This document shows, in pieces, positions 9,416 to 18,000 of a stretch of 32,000 bases of DNA. Made by a program: the position numbers and the translations under genes. The notes beneath the pieces are model-generated. The model was given only the letters and a program-made list of their open reading frames with translations. It was not told the origin of the DNA and made no database searches. Positions within the stretch are counted from its first letter, which is position 1, and every line of letters starts with the position of its first letter. The stretch is taken from positions 1,200,001-1,232,000 of the forward strand of contig NC_010085.1 in the NCBI RefSeq assembly GCF_000018465.1, written 5' to 3'. The stretch is from Nitrosopumilus maritimus SCM1 (GTDB taxonomy: Archaea; Thermoproteota; Nitrososphaeria; Nitrososphaerales; Nitrosopumilaceae).

Positions 9416-11071
9416 ATGAAATGGAAAACACTACAACACAAAGGAATCTTGTTTCCTCCTGCCTATGAGGCACAAGGAATCAAGATAAAGATCAAGGGAG
9501 AGAAAGTCGATCTCAATTTAGACCAAGAAGAGATGATTTACCAATGGGCAAAAAAGAAGGACACACCATATGCACAAGACAAGGTTTTTCAAAAAAACTT
9601 TACAGCAGACTTTGCAAAAACTCTAGATTCTAAATTTAAAAAAATTTCATATGAAGATATTGATTTTTCAGATGCCTACAAACTAGTTGACAAAGAAAAA
9701 GATCTCAAGGAGATGATGACAAAAGAAGAAAAAAAGGCAATTGCTGCAAAAAGAAAAGAACTCAGAGAAGAACTCAAATCAAAATATGGAGTTGCGGTGA
9801 TGGATGGAAAAGAAGTAGAAGTTGGGAATTACATGGCAGAGCCTCCAGGAATTTTTATTGGAAGAGGAGAACATCCATTACGTGGAAGATGGAAACCACG
9901 TGTTACTGCGAAAGATGTAACACTAAATCTTGGAAAAGAAGCTAAAGTTCCTGAAGGAAAGTGGGGTAAGATTATTCATGATAAAGATTCAATGTGGTTA
10001 GCAAGTTGGATGGATTTTCTTACACAAAAAAGAAAGTATGTTTGGCTTTCAGATAGTTCCGACCTAAAACAAGGAAGAGACAAAGAAAAGTACGAAAAAG
10101 CTGTCAAGCTTGAAAAGGAGATTGAGAAGATCAAAAAAGCAATGGTCAAAGACATGAAAGATTCTAAAAAGAACAACGTTGCCACTGCATGTTATCTGAT
10201 TTACAAAACTGCAATGAGAGTTGGAGATGAAAAAGATGAAGATGAAGCAGATACTGTTGGTGCAACTACCTTAAGAAAAGAACATATCAAAATTACTTCT
10301 GATACAATTGAGTTTGACTTTTTGGGAAAAGATAGTGTTAGATGGCAAGAGACATTAAAAGTGGTTGGAGACGATAAACAATTTCAAGAAAATCTCAAAA
10401 AATTAATTGAAAAGAAGAAACCAAGTGAGGAAATTTTCCACGATATTACATCTAGAGATGTTAACAAGTATTTGTCAGGAATTGTGAAAGGAGTAACTGC
10501 AAAAGTGTTCAGAACATATCAGGCAACGACCGTGGTTAAAAATTACCTAGTAAATCATGACAACATAAAGGGAAAATCAGATAATGAAAAATTATACCAT
10601 GCAAAATTGGCAAATCTAGAAGCTGCAATAATGTGTAATCACAAAAGGACAATTCCAAAAACATTTGAGCAGTCATTGCAAAAAAAGAAAGATACTCTCA
10701 AGAAAAGAGAGAGAGAAAAAGCATGGGAAAAGACACAGCAAACTCTCAAAAAAGTAGAATCATCAGAGCCAAAAACAGATACTCAGAAAAAGAACAAAGA
10801 AAAGAGAATCAAGACATTAAATGAGCAAATCAAAAAACAAAAACAAAAACACAAAGAAAGAATTGAAAAACTAAAATTACAAGTTGACTTGTCTGAGAAA
10901 ACTAGAGATTACAACCTTGGAACGTCACTTAGAAATTACATAGATCCACGTGTTTTCAAAGCATGGACAGATGAGGTTGGTGCAGAATGGGAGAAACTAT
11001 ACACATCAGCACTTCAAAAGAAATTCCTTTGGGTCAAAAATGAAAACACAAAGTGGAAGGAAATCAAATAA
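9416..11071 (+). CDS. topIB: DNA topoisomerase IB (eukaryotic/thaumarchaeal type)
   Basis: PPAYEAQGIKIKIKGEKVDL...EPPGIFIGRGEHPLRGRWKPRV...CYLIYKTAMRVGDEKD...FLGKDSVRWQ...LGTSLRNYIDPRVFKAWTDEVGAEWEKLYTSALQKKFLW, including the catalytic-Tyr context NYIDPR. Confidence 0.94.
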   Translation: MKWKTLQHKGILFPPAYEAQGIKIKIKGEKVDLNLDQEEMIYQWAKKKDTPYAQDKVFQKNFTADFAKTLDSKFKKISYEDIDFSDAYKLVDKEKDLKEMMTKEEKKAIAAKRKELREELKSKYGVAVMDGKEVEVGNYMAEPPGIFIGRGEHPLRGRWKPRVTAKDVTLNLGKEAKVPEGKWGKIIHDKDSMWLASWMDFLTQKRKYVWLSDSSDLKQGRDKEKYEKAVKLEKEIEKIKKAMVKDMKDSKKNNVATACYLIYKTAMRVGDEKDEDEADTVGATTLRKEHIKITSDTIEFDFLGKDSVRWQETLKVVGDDKQFQENLKKLIEKKKPSEEIFHDITSRDVNKYLSGIVKGVTAKVFRTYQATTVVKNYLVNHDNIKGKSDNEKLYHAKLANLEAAIMCNHKRTIPKTFEQSLQKKKDTLKKREREKAWEKTQQTLKKVESSEPKTDTQKKNKEKRIKTLNEQIKKQKQKHKERIEKLKLQVDLSEKTRDYNLGTSLRNYIDPRVFKAWTDEVGAEWEKLYTSALQKKFLWVKNENTKWKEIK

Positions 11072-11078
11072 TTAAAAA

Positions 11079-12680
11079 TTAATTTTTAGGAACATATGCA
11101 AATCCAGGTCCCCAACTAGAACGTTGTTTTGCTTGATAATCTTTTGAAGACTCCATATCTCCTTTTTCAGCTGAAGTAAGGTGTATTTCCACTGGAGAAT
11201 ATCCTATACATTCAAAATGAAATTCATTAGTTAATGCAAAGCCTTTGTAAAAACTCTCTTCAAGATCATGTTCTGTTTTAAGTTTATAATCAGTTACATG
11301 ACATTTTGAATAATCATATCCACGAGCATGAATATTTCCATACATCATACTAACATTAACATCAAACAACTCATCAAGTGAAGAAACGCCAGTTGTTTTT
11401 GCACCAGTTTTTCTGGAATCATCAACTACTTCATATAACAACGGAGTGACTCCAGGTACCCCTACAAGTTCAAATGTTGGATTTGCTTTTGAAATCAAAT
11501 TACCTTGATAAAATTCAGGGAATTCTACAACTTCAGTTCCGCTATCAAAGCTAAATGTGGCTACTGCTCTAGGACCAGCACCCATGTTATAATTTACAGT
11601 TACAGGTTGAGGTTCATTGTCAGGATTCACAGGACTTAATCCAGAACATTCAACATCCAGTATTTCGGCAGTTGCAAATCCACGCTTACCAGTATAACCC
11701 TCTTCTTTATCTTGCAAAGTGAGTATATCATAACCACTCACAATACAATCTTCATAGTTAAGAGTACGTATTGTTTGAGTATCTGTTTTTGTTAATCCAG
11801 TTAACTTTTCAGGAATTACAAGGTCTACAGTTACATCAAAATCTTCATTATAACTTGTTGCAAGACCACCTACTTTTTGAGATTTTATGATTGCGTTATC
11901 AATCAATGGGTGAGGTAGAACTGCAGTAATGATTTGAAAACTAGGAGTTCCAATATCTTCCTCGCTATATCCTCCAGTTGATGTAAAAATTACTGATTCT
12001 ATTTTTTCAGCACCATTATCAAAGTCAAATGTTAGAAGAGTACGCATATCATTAGCTTGTTTAAATGGCAATAAACCATAATCTGTAAAAATTTTATCGC
12101 TAGGACGTGCACTTGCAAAAATTTCTTCTTGATTAATTGAAACACCACCACAGTTAAACTCTATTGAATTAACAATAGCAAATCCAGAATTTGGTACATG
12201 GTAGGATTCATAATCATCAGTTTGAGTTGTTACTGATTGTGAAGAAATTTCACAGTTTCTATATGAGAATGATTTCAACTCAGTAGTATCTTGCATTACT
12301 TGTACATCTACATCGAAAAATCGATGATCATAATCAAATGCACTACCAGCAGTTAATTTTGATTGTCTATGTTTGAATGCTTCATCTAATGCCATATGAA
12401 GATGAGGATTATGACCAACCACACCCTCTATTGAAAAACTTGTTCCAGCATCAGACACTATATCAGAGGTTGTTGAAAAAACGGGAAAGTTTACTGTTTC
12501 TACACCATCTCTAAAATGAAAAGTAATTACATTATGAATTCCTGCAACATAATCATAATCATGACTAATTGCTTCATCATCAGCAAATACAGTATTTGAG
12601 AAACCCTGTGTAGATAGTATGATCGTTGAAATTATCAAAATAGATGTTAGAATAGTGAATTTTGGGTAGGATTTGCTCAT
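11079..12680 (-). CDS. Secreted protein with three internal repeats, function unknown
   Basis: Signal-peptide-like N-terminus MSKSYPKFTILTSILIISTIILSTQGFSNTVFADD when started at 12680 (the track's longer start at 12779 looks less likely). Three similar blocks, each ending in a Cys pair. Confidence 0.8.
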   Translation of the reverse strand: MSKSYPKFTILTSILIISTIILSTQGFSNTVFADDEAISHDYDYVAGIHNVITFHFRDGVETVNFPVFSTTSDIVSDAGTSFSIEGVVGHNPHLHMALDEAFKHRQSKLTAGSAFDYDHRFFDVDVQVMQDTTELKSFSYRNCEISSQSVTTQTDDYESYHVPNSGFAIVNSIEFNCGGVSINQEEIFASARPSDKIFTDYGLLPFKQANDMRTLLTFDFDNGAEKIESVIFTSTGGYSEEDIGTPSFQIITAVLPHPLIDNAIIKSQKVGGLATSYNEDFDVTVDLVIPEKLTGLTKTDTQTIRTLNYEDCIVSGYDILTLQDKEEGYTGKRGFATAEILDVECSGLSPVNPDNEPQPVTVNYNMGAGPRAVATFSFDSGTEVVEFPEFYQGNLISKANPTFELVGVPGVTPLLYEVVDDSRKTGAKTTGVSSLDELFDVNVSMMYGNIHARGYDYSKCHVTDYKLKTEHDLEESFYKGFALTNEFHFECIGYSPVEIHLTSAEKGDMESSKDYQAKQRSSWGPGFAYVPKN

Positions 12681-12831
12681 TGTGGTACAAACATCAAAAA
12701 AAGAAGTTAAAGAGTAAGTATTCACTGCCGTGCAGTGCATTTTTGGCAAAAAAGTATGGTCAAAAAACAGAAAAATCAATCAAAATTTTGAAAGAATCAT
12801 TTAATTTCCCATATTTTCAGGCTTATACTAT

Positions 12832-12945
12832 GCCGGGGTAGCTCAGCCTGGTTAGAGTGCCAGTTACTTGGTAAACTCTAGCGGTTCTCCAACTAAGGCA
12901 ATACTCATAATCTGGAGGTCGCGAGTTCGAAACTCGCCCCCGGCA
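12832..12945 (+). tRNA. tRNA-Met (elongator-type, CAT anticodon) with a 39-nt intron at 12864..12902
   Basis: Acceptor GCCGGGG/CCCCGGC, D-arm GCTC..GAGT, T-arm GCGAG-TTCGAAA-CTCGC. Removing 12864..12902 gives anticodon arm CCAGA-CTCATAA-TCTGG. The junctions form a bulge-helix-bulge: GAG[TGCC]AG|T ... [GGCA]AT|A-CTC. Confidence 0.93.
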
Positions 12946-12990
12946 CACACAAATTAGTTTAAAACCCACCCCCAACCTATTGTAAAGTCA

Positions 12991-14319
12991 TTGAATACAA
13001 AGTATGGTTCAAGGCAAAAAATTGACATTCACAACTACCCATCACGCATGAAACAGGTCAATAATCAGATCGAGCAAGAATTGTCATTTGAGAACATTTC
13101 ACTAATCAAAAAATATGACAGGGAGATGGTATCACAATCAATTGCCATTGCAACACGTCAAAAGCATCTAAGAACATTGCTAACACTATCAAAATTGCTA
13201 AAGAAAAACTGGAAGGATGTGACCAGGGATGATATTGATGACTTGGTATTTCTGATAATGGACCAGTTTGCAGATGAAAGTGGTCAGGAAACACATTACT
13301 CTTATGATCACAAAAAGATTCTCAAGATTTTCTTTAGATGGTACAAGCTTGGCTCTAGAGAATTTGTTCAAGTTGGAGATCCACCTGAGACAAAAAATGT
13401 CAAGATGAAAAAAGTCAAAGACAAGATTGCACGTGAAGACCTCCTAAATGAAGAAGACAGAATAAAGATACTGTATGCATGTGGCGAGAATGCAAGAGAC
13501 AGAGCTCTAATTGATTGTCATATGGAAGCTGGAACCAGACCAGGTGAGATTCTAAATTTGAAGTTAAAACATGTAAAGTTTGACAAGCATGGTTGTGTAC
13601 TTCAAGTGGACGGAAAGACAGGAGCTAGAACAATTAGAATCGTAAGGGCTACTCCAAACTTGGCTGCATGGATTGCAGTACATCCATACAAAGATGAACC
13701 TGAAATGCCATTATGGCCAAATATTAGCCATCATAAGAAAGGCAGTCCAATTACATATGCTGCAGCAAGACAGATCTTACATAGAAGATGCAAGATTGCA
13801 AATATCTCAAAACGTGTTTATCTGAATTTATTTAGACATAGTGAGGCCACAACTACAGCAAACTTCATGACTGAAGCTCAGATGAGAAAAAGACATGGAT
13901 GGTCGTCTGACTCTAAAATGCCTGCAAGATATGTCCACTTGGTAAATTCTGATGTGGAAGATGCAATCTTCAAGCACTATGGAATCAAAAAAGAAGATGA
14001 AAAGATGCCAGAAATGCCTGTAAAGTGTCATTTTTGTGAAATGTACAATCCATCAGACAGCGTAACATGTACAAAATGTGGAAAACCATTGAATCTTGAG
14101 AGTGCAATAAAAAGAGAAGAGCAAGAAAATGCTGAAAAGAAAAAACTTGAAGAAAAGATCAAGATGCTAGAGCAAAGACAGATTGAATCAGAAAAGAATC
14201 AGAAAGGATATTCAGATTTAAAATCAATTGTAGATGAATATTTGAAAGAATACTTTGAGGACGTATTTGACAAGATAGAGTTTGTAAAGAATCAAAAACA
14301 AAATAGTATTACAAACTGA
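12991..14319 (+). CDS. Tyrosine recombinase/integrase with C-terminal zinc ribbon and coiled coil
   Basis: MEAGTRPGEILNLKLKHV (Arg I box), KTGARTIRI (Lys strand), VYLNLFRHSEATTTANFMTEAQMRKRHGWSSDSKMPARYVHL (Arg II/Tyr box), CHFCEMYNPSDSVTCTKCGK zinc ribbon. Confidence 0.9.
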   Translation: MNTKYGSRQKIDIHNYPSRMKQVNNQIEQELSFENISLIKKYDREMVSQSIAIATRQKHLRTLLTLSKLLKKNWKDVTRDDIDDLVFLIMDQFADESGQETHYSYDHKKILKIFFRWYKLGSREFVQVGDPPETKNVKMKKVKDKIAREDLLNEEDRIKILYACGENARDRALIDCHMEAGTRPGEILNLKLKHVKFDKHGCVLQVDGKTGARTIRIVRATPNLAAWIAVHPYKDEPEMPLWPNISHHKKGSPITYAAARQILHRRCKIANISKRVYLNLFRHSEATTTANFMTEAQMRKRHGWSSDSKMPARYVHLVNSDVEDAIFKHYGIKKEDEKMPEMPVKCHFCEMYNPSDSVTCTKCGKPLNLESAIKREEQENAEKKKLEEKIKMLEQRQIESEKNQKGYSDLKSIVDEYLKEYFEDVFDKIEFVKNQKQNSITN

Positions 14320-14375
14320 AATTATTTATAAAAAATTAATTTATAAATTATTTTGAAATTATTTATAAAAAATTA
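14317..14375. repeat. 22-bp AT-rich direct repeat pair (TGAAATTATTTATAAAAAATTA)
   Basis: Exact copies at 14317-14338 and 14354-14375. Related (A)TTTATAAA(AAATTA) copies recur around 14451, 14525, 14546, 14562 and 14910. Confidence 0.85.
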
Positions 14376-14609
14376 CACTTGAGAAAATTGTTTATGCAAA
14401 AATGATACGCAGGAAAATTGTTCATAAAAAATAATTTATGAATTAAAATAATTTATAAAAAATTAAGCACAACAAAATAGAGCAGATAAAAAAGCCATGA
14501 CTATAACTTGGGCACAAAAAATAATTTATAAATTTCTAAAATTAATTTATAAATTAATTTTATTTATAAAAAATTCTTAGTCTATATTTTTTCAAAGATA
14601 GAATTTTGA

Positions 14610-14852
14610 TAGGCACAAATTCATTATATCTTTTTTATCCTTACCAAAAGATACTCAAGAGATACAGCATCTTTTGTAAGATCTTACCATACCTTACCAA
14701 GATCTTGGTATAGATACTATCTTTTAGTTGATTTAGCCTCGATTCTGTAGATAGCAAGATCTTACCATCTCTTACTAAGATCTTACCATCTCTTACCCAT
14801 ACCTTACTAAGATCTTAGTATCGATGCTAGTAAGGTTGAAAATTTGTGCCTA
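14610..14852. repeat. 12-bp inverted repeats (TAGGCACAAATT / AATTTGTGCCTA) bounding a palindrome array
   Basis: TAGGCACAAATT at 14610-14621 and its exact reverse complement at 14841-14852. Confidence 0.85.
14676..14820. repeat. Array of five AAGATCTT-centred palindromes
   Basis: GTAAGATCTTAC (14676-14687), TACCAAGATCTTGGTA (14695-14710), AAGATCTT core (14756-14763), TAAGATCTTA (14776-14785), TACTAAGATCTTAGTA (14805-14820). Confidence 0.9.
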
Positions 14853-14950
14853 AGTAAGGTAGCATCAACACTCCAAGATACCTAAGAAATTTTTTGTAAA
14901 TAAAAATAATTTATAAAAAATTTCTACATGAGTATTGAATCAAAATCATA

Positions 14951-15181
14951 AAACCCTATGAGAGTGTAGAGGGTTGAACCAATCAGATAATTCCCTTTAA
15001 GAGAATAAGAGTATCAAACCAATACTTCGATACCGCAATGGGGTTTGAATCCGACCGGACTAGTAGAGCAAGTTGTCTCTAAAAAAGTTCCATTTAGGCA
15101 TAAAAATCAAACGAGATATTGGTTTGCACGCCAAATACTGTTTACCGAGTATTGGCTTACGTGTAGTTGGTGCAATCCAAC
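14951..15181. other. Hairpin-rich non-coding segment
   Basis: Inverted repeats AACCCT/AGGGTT (14952-14975), GTATC/GATAC (15011-15033), GCCAA(A)TACT/AGTATTGGC (15130-15156), GTTGG/CCAAC (15166-15181). Confidence 0.5.
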
Positions 15182-15358
15182 GGAATGAAAACCTTCATTT
15201 TATGCACGTCAGTATTTTTTACATAGTTTTTGTGACTCTATCATTCTAAATAATTGGAATCATAATACAAGATTGAATTTGAAGCAAGATTAAATACAAA
15301 TTTTGCAAACAAGGTCATGAAAAACATTATCGAATCAATTGTTGACTTTTTTACTTCA

Positions 15359-16840
15359 TTACTTGGGTAATGGTGTTATCATGACCAATCCAGAATTATC
15401 AGGAACAAACCTGATCATGGAAACATCGTCTCCCAAAACATTTCCCTTGGCACTAATACTGTTGGGGATTTGTCCATCAACTGTTACTGCCATTTTTGAA
15501 GTCAGAAACTCATTTGGGACATACATTACAACGTACTGAGGCCTGTCAATTACAAATGAAATTAATCCTGCCTCAGGTACAAATTGAAAGTCAGATATTA
15601 TTGCAGGACTTTGTATGTCAATTACCTTAGACGTCTCATCTACAAACTGAGGCTGAAATTTTTCTCTTTTATCTAAAGTCAGAGGCTCTTCTTCATATTT
15701 TTCTGAATCCTGAATTTCCAATTTCAGTCCTTCTAGGCAATAGTTCTGTCCTTGCTTGTTTTCAATCAGATTACATGATTTTGCGCCTTCATCAAAATTA
15801 TGATTTGTAAAGAATGCCAAAGTAGTTCCAATAGACATGCTGCATTCAGCAAAATCAATACCACTTAGTTGTGATTCTTTACAAAGATCAGACAAGACAT
15901 CTCCTGACATTCCCTGTCTGGTCAAAACATTGTCTGTATACTGCATCATGACTCCTTTCATGCAGAGTCTATTCTGATAAAACGACAAATCATGGCACAT
16001 TTGTAGTGACGAGTCCAAGTTTTCATCAAAATAATGAACCAAACCATGTCCCAGACCATGAATACAGTCCTGATAGTTTGATGTTCCTATCAAGGCATTA
16101 CAGACAGAATCATAGTCAGAGGGAAATGACTCTCCATCTTCTTGAACATCGTGAAAATATGCAGCCAATACGCCATGAAAATATCCTCCTCTGCACATGG
16201 TCCCATCCATTCCAATTAGATTTTCAATGACATCGGGATTCTCATTGAACGCCACATGTCCTACTTCATGGGATACAAAATGGCAATCGTCAATTAGTCC
16301 AATTTTTGATAATGCTATAGACAATTCCAAGGCATCAGAGTTGTTTTCTTGATTCTGAGCAACTTTGCCAAAAAATTGAGAGTAACACAACAAACGAGAT
16401 GAGCCCTCATCTATTTTTGTACAGTCCTGTATATCTTCAAGATACTTTATGGCTAGCTCTTCAGAGATTGGAATAGGAACAGCATCCCTAGAGTCTAGGA
16501 TTCCGTCATTGTCATCGTCAGGATCTATATTACTTCCTATCCCATCAAAGTCAAAATCCGACCACTCTTCAGGATTATCATCAAACACATCAAGAATATC
16601 TAAAATGCCGTCATTGTCATCGTCAGGATCACAGAGATTCCCAACAGCGTCATTATCAAAGTCTGTCTGATTCTCATTTTTGATTGTAGGACAATTATCA
16701 GAAGTATCGCTAATTCTATCTTTGTCAGCATCTGCCCTTACCAGATTTATTTCAGGAAACTCTTCAAAATTTATTGCAACAACAGTAACAGACAAGCCAA
16801 CTGCAATCATAATATGAATTATGAAAAACCTGCTAATCAA
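15359..16840 (-). CDS. Secreted protein: signal peptide, thrombospondin type-3-like Asp-rich repeats, Cys/His-rich domain with HEVGH motif
   Basis: DADKDRISDTSDNCPTIKNENQTDFDNDAVGNLCDPDDDNDGILD...DFDFDGIGSNIDPDDDNDGILDSRD; CHFVSHEVGHVAF; CIHGLGHGLVHYF. Confidence 0.82.
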   Translation of the reverse strand: MISRFFIIHIMIAVGLSVTVVAINFEEFPEINLVRADADKDRISDTSDNCPTIKNENQTDFDNDAVGNLCDPDDDNDGILDILDVFDDNPEEWSDFDFDGIGSNIDPDDDNDGILDSRDAVPIPISEELAIKYLEDIQDCTKIDEGSSRLLCYSQFFGKVAQNQENNSDALELSIALSKIGLIDDCHFVSHEVGHVAFNENPDVIENLIGMDGTMCRGGYFHGVLAAYFHDVQEDGESFPSDYDSVCNALIGTSNYQDCIHGLGHGLVHYFDENLDSSLQMCHDLSFYQNRLCMKGVMMQYTDNVLTRQGMSGDVLSDLCKESQLSGIDFAECSMSIGTTLAFFTNHNFDEGAKSCNLIENKQGQNYCLEGLKLEIQDSEKYEEEPLTLDKREKFQPQFVDETSKVIDIQSPAIISDFQFVPEAGLISFVIDRPQYVVMYVPNEFLTSKMAVTVDGQIPNSISAKGNVLGDDVSMIRFVPDNSGLVMITPLPK

Positions 16841-17101
16841 TCAGTTTTTTTTAAAAAGATAAGATATACTTTGTTTGTGATACAAGATTGAATTTAAATT
16901 GTATTTTCAGAAATAGTTTTAAAAATAAACTAAAAACAGGCAGGAATGATTTGTTCCACAGTCAAAAAAATTTCAGACATTTTGATTTGTAGTTAACCAG
17001 AGCATCCTATGATACAAGTCTAGATCTGACAAAATAAAATTTACCAACATTATGTAATAATTTGTAGAATAGATTAAATTCGTGATTTGGCAAGTTAGTT
17101 C

Positions 17102-17617
17102 ATGGACGAAGTGCTGGCATCTCCAAAAGAGAAGATTTTGGACTTTATAATAAACAATCCAGGGTCTCATTTGAGAATGATAAAAAAGAATGTTCAGTTC
17201 TCTATGGGTACAGTTCAATACCATCTAAACACACTTGAAAAAGAAGGCAAGATAAAATCAAGTAAAACAAGATTTTACAAAAATTACTACCACATAAACG
17301 AGTCTGATGAAAAACTGTTATCTGTTTTCAACTTGGAATCCCCACGAAGCATAATCATGTATTTGCTTCAACATCAGCCATCTACGCATCAGGAGATAGC
17401 AAAAGGAATAGAGTTATCATCATCAACTGTGAGCTGGCACATGAAAAGATTGTTAGAATCAAATATTGTAGAATCAGAATACTCAGGAAAATATACCCTA
17501 TATCGTCTAGTTGACAGAGAAAAAGTGTTAGAGAATCTCAAAAAATGCAGTTCAACAACATGGAACTCTATGATCAACAGCATGGTAGATATATTTTCAG
17601 CATTTGAGCAGAAATAG
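17102..17617 (+). CDS. Transcriptional regulator with two winged-helix domains
   Basis: NNPGSHLRMIKKNVQFSMGTVQYHLNTLEKEGKIKSSK and QHQPSTHQEIAKGIELSSSTVSWHMKRLLESNIVE. Confidence 0.8.
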   Translation: MDEVLASPKEKILDFIINNPGSHLRMIKKNVQFSMGTVQYHLNTLEKEGKIKSSKTRFYKNYYHINESDEKLLSVFNLESPRSIIMYLLQHQPSTHQEIAKGIELSSSTVSWHMKRLLESNIVESEYSGKYTLYRLVDREKVLENLKKCSSTTWNSMINSMVDIFSAFEQK

Positions 17618-17628
17618 TCAGATGCATA

Positions 17629-18000
17629 ATGTTAGAGCCATACCTGCTAGCGATATCAAATATTTTTCTGCAGCTTGACTACATCAATCCTTTTGATGAT
17701 CCTAGTGACATTGTAACACAGGACGACGTTATTGCAGGATCTGTGACAGTTGCAATTGCAGGACTGTCCATATTTTTGACAGTGATGGCAGTTTCAGCTT
17801 ATAGAAAAACAGGAGTCTCACAATTAAAGTATGTTGCATTGGCATTTTCGCTGTTTACTATTTATCTAATAACAGAAGCGCTACAGGAATTATTTCCAAT
17901 TGATGATGACTCTTTTGACTTGTTCTTGTCAATAATCATGATGGCAATTCTGATCAGTTTCTTTTTTGGAATAATGAGAAAAAAGAAAAACAACATCTAA
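17629..18000 (+). CDS. Small membrane protein (about 3 TM helices), unknown function
   Basis: Hydrophobic segments VTVAIAGLSIFLTVMAVSAY, YVALAFSLFTIYLITEAL, LSIIMMAILISFFFGIM; follows the wHTH gene by about 11 nt. Confidence 0.65.
   Translation: MLEPYLLAISNIFLQLDYINPFDDPSDIVTQDDVIAGSVTVAIAGLSIFLTVMAVSAYRKTGVSQLKYVALAFSLFTIYLITEALQELFPIDDDSFDLFLSIIMMAILISFFFGIMRKKKNNI

Noticed and set aside
15038-15060. tRNA T-arm-like GGGGTTTGAATCCGACCGG, considered as a tRNA or att remnant
   Set aside because: Only two T-stem pairs form, there is no matching acceptor or anticodon arm, and it does not match the adjacent tRNA-Met 3' end.
14610-15182. CRISPR array considered for the repeat-rich region
   Set aside because: Repeats are short palindromes with unequal spacing, no uniform repeat-spacer structure, and no cas genes are present.
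15339-16670. Plus-strand ORFs within 15359..16840
   Set aside because: Antisense to the secreted Asp-repeat protein. Ser/Ile-rich translations such as SLSSSGSILLPIPSKSKSDHSS are the mirror of DPDDDNDG repeats.
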